From: Psilocybe cubensis
Lineage: Eukaryota
Assembly: GCA_017499595.2 (NCBI GenBank)
Contig: CM038999.1
Coordinates: forward strand, 1,984,001 to 2,048,000
Direction: 5' to 3'
Length of the DNA: 64,000 nucleotides
In this document: positions 54,153 through 64,000 of the stretch, one piece after another
Numbering within the stretch: position 1 is the first letter of the stretch
How the letters are laid out: every line of letters begins with the position of its first letter
The notes under the pieces: model-generated
Told to the model about the DNA's origin: nothing
What the model saw: only the letters and a program-made list of their open reading frames with translations
The model's database searches: none
Translations under genes and position numbers: made by a program

Positions 54153-56973
54153 TTAATTAGAATTAGAAGGGTTGGAATCCTCGCTTTGAGCTGGACAACC
54201 TGGGTCGGAATCCTCAACACTCGGCTCCCGCATCTTTTCTTTGCCTCGACTGCTAGACGTAGTTTCAACTTCTCTGCCTGACGTACTATGTTGAGTTGCT
54301 GGAATCGGGACAGGGGCAGTCCCATTGTTGGTAGGCACTACAGTGGCATTAACTGTCGGCAGGGCGCTCCTCAATCTCATCAGGTCATCGATGCAACGAT
54401 AGACAGATACCGAAACGCCTTCCAGAATGCGGAGACGCTCATCAATACTATCCCTGGTGACTGTGTCGAGGGAAGAGAGCTGTTCGTCCGTCAATATGGG
54501 TGGAAGTAGTTGTGATGCTGAGGTATCAGGGGAAGCCATTTGTCGTTGTTGACCATATATACTTGTCATTGATGTATTGGCGGTGGGCATTGGAGAGGAT
54601 CTGGCAGGCAGCGGCCCTCGAGGTGTTGTTTGCGTGTATTGTGGAACAACCTGATTCGTTGATTGTTGCTCAGGCGCTGGTCTCGGTACCACTCCCTGAC
54701 GAAAATCGAAAAGAGGTATCAATGTAGGGAGAGGCCTAAGGGAAGAATTTTCGGGGGATCTACGTAGTTCAGCATTGGATTCTGACCCAATAGTGGTTGA
54801 GGGCATGGAATTGGTGGTGGGATTTGCAGGACTTGAAGAGGATGAGGTTGCTGTAGGGGGGTTGATAGCTATTTTGGGCGCTGAAGGTTCCGTCCTGTTA
54901 TTATTGAACCTATTTAACGCAGCTTTCACAGCAGCTTCCCTAGCAGAGGGAGCCTCTCTTGGTTCAAAGGAAGCGGTAGAATTGGAAGAAGTAGCTGTAG
55001 TTGGGGTTGAAGGTCCTGCACTCGTTAGGATGCTTTGCTGGTGTGTTTCCGAATCCGCCTGCTGAGCCCGAACCTCACGGAAATTTTCTGAGCTTCCTGA
55101 AGTTGGTGTAACTGGAGCAGGTCCCTCAGCGGGCCACGGTTGCCATACTCCACCAGGTCCAGGAAATCCTGCATATGTAGGAACTGGGAGGCGTTGCTGT
55201 TGCTGAAGTGGTGCTCCGTTGTCGGCATCATTAGGCCTTGGAAGTTGATACTGGACCTGGTAATTGATAACAATTCCAGGAGCATGGTCATTTCCATGCC
55301 CCTGGTTCTGGAGAATGTCTGGAATGGCTTGTCTGTTAGGTGCTTCATTGGCAGGCCTATGAGGAAGTCCCATGTAACGGCCAATAAAACCCAGAGGATG
55401 ATTACCACCCTGAGCATTATTTTGACGATTGTTAAAATTGAAGGGTGCCCCTCGGTTGAGAGGTTGTTGGCCAGGTAGTGGTTGGGGAGGTAGATTGCCT
55501 GGATTAGGAACTGCTCCTACCGAGTCTTCGAGTACGTTTCGTCTGCTATAGACAGATCATTAGTTATGTCCAATATCAGAAAATTTTGGTGTTTACCATG
55601 TAGGGCAGCTTTGCTGACGTTCTAGCCAGGACCTGAGGCAGTAGAAATGAAAAATATGGCCGCATGGCAATTTCTTGGGTGTAGTGTTGGGTCCGTCCGG
55701 ATGTTGAGGGGGATCCTGAATACCGCCGTTGACCATCTCTTCACGACATATTATACATGTGCGGTCACTCATTGCTATAAGCTCTTCCTCCGTAGCATTT
55801 GGATACCTTTGATCCATGTTGCGTGTGGCTGTTTGATATCGATGCAGAGCTCGAAGTCTTGTGATGAAAGACCTGGCAGTGATGTAAACATCGCGAATGA
55901 TATTCAACGGTAACCCGTAGAACGTTATGATAATTATGAAAAATACGAGGTACGTTGTCAGCTTCAAAAAGTCTTCTCGCCATCAGTAAAGCACAGACAT
56001 CATTGTGAAAAAATACCTACCTGTGGCAAGTTCAATGTAGAAAATCCACATGCTCTTGTTCTCCCATGGCGGGGCATTTTCCCCTCCTCGACGGCCGGCA
56101 CGACGAAGATCATATGCAGAAAGAAGATACTTGAGATTCGTGTTTATAACACTTGCCATCAAGATGCCGTACTGTTTCGTACATCAATAACGCTATCGCA
56201 GACAAATGGATGTAGCTTTGCTGACCTCGCTAGCAAAAAGAACCATTCCACCCACTCCAGCGCTCAGAGTATGCTCGACAGCAAACAAAAACATAACGCA
56301 GTCTGTCAGCCATAGGATCGTGAAAAGAATGGTCATTCGGATATGGAACAATAGGGGAGGCCCAGGATATGGCCTTTGGTCCATCTAATGTAAAATGAGA
56401 AAGTGGAATACATGATTTTTAAATCGGCTTACCCATTCAATTCGATCGCTTGCTAACCAGTGGAAAGATTTCACAAACAAAAGAAAGCCAAACATGAGGG
56501 CGAAAGACGCATCAAATTCGTCGCGAAAAATAGTAAACGCTAATAGAGACTCGGTTATGAAGAACCACAGGCGGTCGTATAGACGCTGGTTGTAAATAAT
56601 TATCAACACGCGGAGGGTATCAGGATAAGGACATACCTCGACTTCATTTGCCCTGAGTGAACCAAAGAAGATACGCTGAACGATATGACCCGCAACTAAG
56701 GTCAACAAAACGCCGAAATTTGCCAACACCTGAGTTGAAGTGTAAAAACGGTGTTATCTACACAGAAGAAAAAATGCCTACAAGGACACTGCGGCTGCTC
56801 TTAGATAGATATATCGCAACTGAATAGAAGTTGCTGTAGTTTTTCAAAGCATTGATGATAACAGCAGAAACGGTGGCCACGGAAAGAAAGGAGTAAAAGG
56901 ATAACCTATGGGCATTGAGCAAATTGGCGACGTCGTGGGCGCGAAGGCGCAAGATGCGGTTTACACCAGGCAT
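54153..56973 (-). CDS. HRD1: ERAD E3 ubiquitin ligase Hrd1/synoviolin
   Basis: NFYSVAIYLSKS, IFFGSLRANEVE/RLYDRLWFFITESLLAFTIFRDEF, FVKSFHWLASDR, WENKSMW and RING-H2 CIICREEM..KKLPCGHIFHFYCLRSWLERQQSCPT/C. Confidence 0.96.
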
Positions 56974-57040
56974 AGAGACCCAAAGGACTCTGAAAGTTGT
57001 GTTGATGAGTCTAAGAGGAGAGGAATTACACTGCACAGTC

Positions 57041-57102
57041 ACACGTCATTCTTTATCCCAAAATGGTAATATAGAGCCTGGTGAGTGGCACCTGACGTGG
57101 CA
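57041..57102. promoter_or_regulatory. Two UPRE-like bZIP sites upstream of HRD1 (ACACGTCA 57041-57048; TGACGTGGCA 57093-57102)
   Basis: Both match the TGACGTG(G/T) Xbp1/Hac1-family UPR element and lie 70-130 bp from the HRD1 ATG. Confidence 0.6.
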
Positions 57103-57562
57103 AGTGGGCCATGCGGAGGCTTCGGACTTCGGACAACGATTTTTTCAACTCTTCAAAATATATATACGTTTATCGATTATAAAATCATTATACGTATTCT
57201 CTCAACCCATCAGCCGCCATTCCTACTATTTTGCGCGACACCTTAGTTGTTGTGACTTCGCTTATGAAGCACCAATCACAAAGAGGTTTTGTCATGTTTA
57301 TTCCCCTTGCATCCCCTTGGCAATTCTAAGCGCTCCTAGTATTTCACATTGACTAATAAGCGCCCAAGACAGGCTATGCACGCCTGAGAACTTTGGGGCG
57401 GGCATAAAAGCCAGTGCATCTTTGTCGCCCTTTATTTCCTCCTACTTTTTAGGTCGTTGATCTTAGGACAATTGTACTTGGTGTGTGGTCTACCCTTTCT
57501 CGGTTTCTACTCAGCATCGATATTGATACAGTTCGCGGGCGACAGTTTTGAGGATACGCTTC

Positions 57563-60205
57563 ATGGAAGGGAAAGGGTCGAGCATTGGGGCCACTGCGGG
57601 TAATGCAAATGACAAAGACAAACAACCTCCCAACAAAGGTTCTCGAGGACGATGGGCGTTGCTAACCGGTGTTCTCTCTATTGCACTGGGCTACTACTTT
57701 GCTTCAGTCTCCATAAAACCTTCAAGCACTGTTAATGTCCATATCCTTTGCTCAAAGGAGGGAAACAAAATCTACACAGTGGATGACAAGAACAGTCAAA
57801 CACAATGTGTCGTTTTCCAGGGAGCTTACGTGGTCGACACAGGATCTTTGGGTGAGCTTTTCAAAGCTCTGGTCCGCTGACAAGCTCTTGTGACCAACTT
57901 TCCAGAGACTATCACGGATGAATGGGTCGATTCGGAAAACGGGAAAATTTCCGCGCCGTACACGTTGCATTTTAATTTCATTCCACCGGGCGCGATCATC
58001 CTTCCGGGCATAAGCGGTATAGTTAGCTCTTAAATTTATCATAATCACCCACTTATTAACTGAATAGACTCACACGCCCATATATTAGAATATGGAGCCG
58101 CCCAACAACTTTCTTTGGAAGGAGCGAGATCGATCCCTGGTAAGTAACACCAGAACAAGGTCATTTTGTCGACCAACTAACGGGCTCTTCTCACAAAGAT
58201 GCTGTGGCTCGCATCAAAGAATTTATACTTTCGAATCCGGACATACTCGAAGATACCTCCAAATTTATAACAGGTGGTGGATGGGATCATACGGTCTGGC
58301 CCACAACTGGATGGCCAAGTGCTGTAATTATACGAATAGTATTTGCACCACAAACATCTTGCCTTAATTATCTTTTTAGGTGGACCTTGATGCAGATAGC
58401 ATCGTTCGAGGAAGGCCTGTTGTTTTGCAAAGCAAAGACTGTCACGCACTTTGGGTGTCAAACAAAGCCCTGGAAGGAAGCTTACCGTTACCAGAATCTG
58501 TCGAGGGGGGAATCATCGTCCGGGATGCTTCTGGTAACCCTACCGGTGGGTTTTTTTTTTTTGCCCACAGCAGCATGATGTCGATTGTTGTCGATCGTTA
58601 TAATTATTCAGGAGTTCTTTTAGACAATGCCCAAGACCTCTTGAAGCAACCAGAACTCACTGAAAATGACTTGATGAGGCGATTCAAAGTTGCCGTTCGC
58701 GATGCTCATCGTTATGGTATAACATCAATCCATGATGCTGGACTCGATCCAAAATCCCTCGCCTTCTTCAAAAGGTTGGCTAATATTGTTCAACTAGTCG
58801 CATTAATTCAACTATCTTTCTGTTTAGACAATCCGAAACCGGGACTCTACCTGTAAGGTTTTTGGTAAGACCCCAAAAATATTTCAGTAACCAATGATTT
58901 GCCTTAGCTTCGCATCTATGGAATGACTTATTTCCACGAAAGTGAACCATATTGGGGGAATCTAAGCACTCCTATAATGGCGGATGGAAACTCGAGACTG
59001 AGTGCTCGCAGTGTCAAAATATTTGCAGATGGTATGTAGCACAAATATTTTGAAAAAGTGCAAAAGAGAACGTTATCGTTTTTCAGGAGCTCTTAGAACA
59101 GGGGGCGCAGCGGTAGGAGCTTCATCGCAAATTACTTCTCCATTTAATTAATACTGGTTTTAGTTGTATGAACCGTACGCTGACAATCCCAGTACTAATG
59201 GCTTCATGCGCCTGGACCCGGACATACTATTCAATGTCATACCTAAGTTTTTGAAAGATGGCTGGCAAGTCGTATGTTGATGAAATTACTTCTTAATTTA
59301 TTTTTGTGACCAATGTATCTTCTTAGAACGTACATGCAATTGGAGATCGCGCCAATGGCATTGTCTTGGATGCCTTCGAGGCGTCCTTGAAGGGGGTCAA
59401 TGTGACTGCTCTTAGGCCACGACTTGAACATGCACAGATGATGACTCAAGCTGATATGCTTCGTCTTGGGAAACTTGGAGGTAGGTTTCATGACACTATC
59501 TCCTATGTCCGTGCTGATTTGTATGAAAGTAATTGCCAGTGTTCAGCCCACACATGCGTAAGTGGGAATAAAAAAATAGTGCTTGGTATTCTAAATCCTT
59601 GCAACTCTAGGATCAGTGATATGTGGTATGCCCAAGACCGTCTGGTAAATGTTTTAATAAAACATACAGCCTTGTATTCTTATCATATATGCAGGGTCCT
59701 GAAAGGGTGAAAAGACTTTATGCATTTCGATCACTGGTCGACAGCGGTGCAATGCTCACTCTCGGTTCGGATGCCCCAGTTGAGACTCTGAATCCTATCT
59801 CCAACTTTTATGCCGCGATTACTCGGAAGTCGTTCACTGGAGAATCACCTCATGGGTCTGATGGATGGTATGCCTGTTGACCATTATCCAATAGCCTCAA
59901 ACTTACTCTGGCATATCCAGGTTTCCGGAACAAAAATTATCACGAATTGAAGCTTTAAGGGGTATGATAAAACCTGCCATCTTCTTTCTTTTTTTCCTGA
60001 TCACATTGCGCGTAATATAGGTATGACCATTAACCCTGCATTCGCTTCTTTTACAGAGACCTTCCTTGGTTCCATTGAAGTCGGTAAACGAGCCGATTTC
60101 TCTATATTATCGCAAGATATAATGACCGTACCTACGGAGGACATACTGGCAACCAAAGTTCTAGCTACTATCATTGATGGGCAATTTGTTTTCGGAAAGA
60201 TATGA
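57563..60205 (+). CDS. Amidohydrolase-3 family (YtcJ-like) metallohydrolase with an N-terminal TM anchor
   Basis: TM WALLTGVLSIALGYYFASV, then PGIS/DSHAHILEYG, CHALWVSNKAL, KIFADG, NVHAIGDRAN, RLEHAQ, LGSDAPVE and GSIEVGKRADF. Confidence 0.93.
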
Positions 60206-60707
60206 AGCAGGCCAGTATCTGTGATTCTCAAATTTCGTGTCCTCTTTTATCGTTGCTCCCATTACTCCACTTTTCCTTTTCTTGTTTTCTTTCCCTTCTA
60301 CTCATTTGATACTTGCCTCCTTTTTTCTTTGCACGTCTATTACTCTTTATTTCATTCTCCAGTCGGTGGTGAAAGGGGCACAGCTGTTGACCATGCTTTA
60401 TCAAACATCAGACTGTACCCGTTTTGCTCTCGCTCGATACCCTTACTTGTAGTCGTCCTTTCTCTCTACAAAGATGTCGCTGTGTACCTGATTACATTCT
60501 TTCGTGGTGGCAGAGGTGGGGTGACTGTCGGCCATAGCCATCGAACCGTTGCCGCTTTGGTCTCGTTCGATACCTTTTTTGATGGTGTGGTCTTTCTTCT
60601 ACTAGTCCACTTGTTATATATATACTGCTTTCACCCATTTAAACATGAAAACTATAGGTTATACATCACAGATGTAATTTCCGAGTCCAACAGTGGAGTA
60701 GTAAGTA

Positions 60708-63700
60708 CTAGTCCTCTGCAACATTTGCATCTTCATACAAATTTATTTTGGAGTATTTTTCAAAGAGAAAGGAAATGGTTCCGCCAGGAAGAGTTTTTCG
60801 AGACTCAATACTGTCCAATGTTCGTAGGTTCTCAATATCCACTTGTTTGAGAATATTAGTGCGTTCTTTCTGTCTCTCAGATGCCCCTGGGACACCCGGT
60901 TGTGTGATCATTCTGCGCAAAATTTCATCATGAACATAACCATCCGCATTCTTGGATAACTTCAGGCAATTGATGTGATTCCACTCGCCCAGCGAAGCAA
61001 GACCGGCCTTCTTTTTTTGAAGATACTAGAGAAAAATAAAGCAAAATTAAGCCAGCATTTAACGGTTGTGAATTTAAAAAACGAACTGCTTTTTCAACTG
61101 CATCAAATTCTTCCACGCAGACGTTCGATGCTGCTACGAAACCGGTGTTCACCGCGGTAACCTCGTAATCAGCGTCAACAGGTATGGTGTTATGTTCTTC
61201 AAAAGAATTCCCAGCGTTGCAATTACACTCCAATAGGTCGTGTGTATTGCAATCGGTACCAGTGTGTACTCGAAATATGTCACGGAGCTGCATGGAAAGT
61301 CAGAGAATTATGATTTACGAAGAGAGTACGAAGAGAGTGGACGAACGTCTTTTCTAGTGAAAGAGTCGCTCTTGGAGCTCGAAGCACCCTATTGTGTCAT
61401 TCAGTAAATCGATGATCAGACTTAGGAGAAATAGGACGAACTGTGCCAATAAGAGCTATAAAATTAAAGGTTGTGTAAGTGTCACAGGTCGTGTTTGGAG
61501 TCCGAAAGCTTACATTCACTTAGGGCAAGTTTCGTGACTTGTCTTTGATAAATTTTTTCTTGATAAGAGCTCAACAACCCAAACAAAGTGCAGGCAAATA
61601 TAAATGCTTCCTACCATCTATGGTTCCGGTGGTAAGCATTCTATATATGTAAACTGGTTTCTTCTGGCCATCACTGTGTGAATTTAGTGTAATGGATTGC
61701 TGCTCTGCACCAATAACTTAACTGACCGGTGACACCGTGCCATGGCTTGCAAATCATGACTTAGAGTTTTGATGAATGCACATATTCCTCATTATTAGCG
61801 TAATTGACTCACCTCGGATTCCAATCAGAATCGAAGATAAACAACCGCGAACCTCCTTGAAAATTTGTTAAAATAGCAGAATAACCCTAAGTTGTGATCA
61901 GAACACTACCAATAAGGTTTATGCCGACACCGCCTGTGACAATTATCAATGCTAGGGAAAAATTTTCATAAAAAGAACGGCTTTACCAGCTTTAGAGCTC
62001 AGCAGAAATACGACTGCACACAAGAGTTTAAATAGATACGAGGCGGTAGCTAATGATGATACACTAACAGCTGTTGCGCTGGTTTCCTGTGTTGAATGCG
62101 TTAACATATTCTTGTCGTTTATTTTGAGGTGTCTGTCTACAGATATTAATCAGAACATGAAATGGGGAGGATTGAAGATAAAATGATCTGGGGGCTCACC
62201 CGTCGAGACGATAATAAGAATAGGACATTTTCTTGCAGTAGGCTTCCAATATATTAAGTGTTGAAGTGTAGTGAGAAACTAAAACACATTTCTCGGTAGT
62301 GTTCTGACGAGGTTGCTGAGCACGAAAAAGCTATATGGACATGGTGTACACTCACCTGATGTAATATCTTCAGAATGTTGGCCAGAAAGACAAGTTTACC
62401 TAAGAAGTAACGCTGTTTTAGTATGCTAAAGAGGGCAAATGTGTCTGCGTCATCCTTTACCTCCTAGGGATAAATCAGCTATGTGAGCTTTCTCCGGAAG
62501 TAAACTCAAAGCCTCTGCCACAGCAGTCTTTTGGATTGAAGGCCCAAGGTCATCACTTTTGCTTCTAGAACTATCGACGGTTGCTTTCAACAGGATTGGG
62601 CTGTTACTGATCTTGATTAATATGTTTATGAGTGCGAGCGAGTCTGCGACAGATGCCTGCATAAGGTGGTCTATCTTCTGTGGGTGAAGAATTTTTTGAT
62701 ACATGGCCAACTGTAGGGCAGTGGGTGTTATGAAGACGACATATTCTGCTAAATGTTGAAAGAACATAACAAGTCAGAGTGTAAAGCGCCCAACAACCTG
62801 ACAGTGGGCGTACATTTTGGAGGCAACTCGCTCTTCAGGAGCGTGGCATCTCTTCTAAGTACAAAACTTTTGGCAACAGATAAAAGCTTGCAAGAACATT
62901 AAAGACGGTACGAAGATCGTGTTTAATCACATGCTTACTTGTTCAGTTCGGGCTTCTCCTATCTGGATCTCCATCTTTGTTGCATGTGGTGCTCTACTCT
63001 TGAGTATCGGTGTTTCATAAACCTTGCGAAAAATGTTGTACTCGTCTGGAATCGGCTTTAGGACAAATCGGCATAAAAAATACAACGTCCAATCACCTAG
63101 TAGTCCAGGATTACAAAAATCTGCCTGTCGCGTAGCTTTACAATAAAAATATGCCAGCACATCTCATATATAAAGACAAACCATGGCATGAAATTCACCC
63201 AGGTCGTTTTGAATCGGAGTTCCTGATAAAATGACCCTACGTTTGGTGTCAAAAGATTTGAAAACAGTGCTTGTCTTGTTGTTAGCCGACTTGAGCCTAT
63301 GGCCTATGTTTGACTGAGAAAAACCGAGGGATATGATTTTGTAAAGCTAATACCTTCATCACATATAATCAGGCCTATAGGGGGACTTTAGAGAACGCAT
63401 AAAATACATTAGCTAGAAAATTGGCAAGAAGAATGAGTGTAACATACTATATGTTAGTAAGCTTATCTCTGTTAAAAAGCAATATTGTTAGGATCATAGC
63501 CATAACATTTGTGGCGAAGTTTTACGTACACTACTGTTCTAAGTCGTTCATAGCCAACAACCAAAACTTGATAGACTTTCCTAAAGATGAATGTTAGCGA
63601 CACTGTGGCTACAGAGGCGATTAACTGACGATCTGCCAAAAAGATCCACATCGACATGATTCTTGTCGCAGGTCATAACGCCAATGCGATCTCTCCCTAA

Positions 63701-64000
63701 CCATTTATGGAATTCGTTCTTCCAATTCTAGGTAATAATGAGAAATCAGAGCAACGCATGAGATAACCTACGTACATTGACCAAAGACACAGGGCACACG
63801 ATGAGCACCTTTTGCACGGCCGCAACTGGTGCTGCGTATGGATTTTGTCCTAACGGTGGCTTAATGAACAAGTAGCCGCAACAATGCAACCACATACTAA
63901 GTAATGTCCAGACAAGAGCAATAGTCTGCAGAAGGTAAGAATAAGAATTATCACAAGCAAGGTAAAAGATCAATGCCCACTTGGAGCGTTTTCCCAAGGC
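60708..64000 (-). CDS. RDH54: SNF2-family DNA translocase Rad54B/Rdh54; 5' end lies outside the window
   Basis: TIALVWTLL, IVCPVSLV/NWKNEFHKWLG, CDE/GHRLK, LSGTPIQNDL, RLDG, FLLSSKAG/GVGINL and DSDWNP/SHDLQAMARCHR/DGQKK motifs. C-terminal LRDIF..CNTHDLLECNC. Confidence 0.88.

Noticed and set aside
60221..60850. 209-aa hydrophobic ORF on the + strand
   Set aside because: It has a GTG start, its hydrophobicity comes from a pyrimidine-rich intergenic tract, its 3' part is antisense to the Rad54B last exon, and it shows no family motif.

Overview
This is intron-rich eukaryotic DNA with ~50-60 nt GT-AG introns and very compact intergenic spacers. Gene content and style point to a mushroom-forming basidiomycete (Agaricomycetes). 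I reconstruct 28 protein-coding genes by splicing ORF fragments. Recognisable ones: Ksp1/Ran1-type kinase (5'-truncated), Pho80-type cyclin, RPL12, Med1, MscS-like channel, palmitoyl-protein thioesterase, CNT nucleoside transporter, DCAF7-type WD40, MFS sugar/polyol transporter, Apq12-like protein, MPC2, COG5, ILV6, HMG-box TF, glycine-rich RRM protein, HMT1-type ABC transporter, NAD kinase, divergent QNG1/DUF2419-like protein, AIM41, HRD1, YtcJ-like amidohydrolase and Rad54B/Rdh54 (5'-truncated); the rest are hypothetical proteins. MPC2 and a 162-aa Cys-motif protein are invisible or only fragmentary in the ORF track. A decayed, intron-retaining CNT paralog faces the intact CNT gene. I found no tRNA, rRNA, CRISPR, transposon or biosynthetic cluster, and I cannot show a clearly new multi-gene system. 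Best leads: (i) a large tail-anchored protein with a fused SILK/RVxF PP1-docking motif, TPxxPGxW repeats, a KASH-like C-terminus and an MCB-bearing promoter; (ii) three consecutive over-long, hairpin-containing introns in the glycine-rich RRM gene; (iii) tandem gene pairs only 71-87 nt apart; (iv) the CNT pseudogene; (v) a divergent queuosine-salvage-like enzyme. All exon boundaries and family calls are by eye, without database searches.
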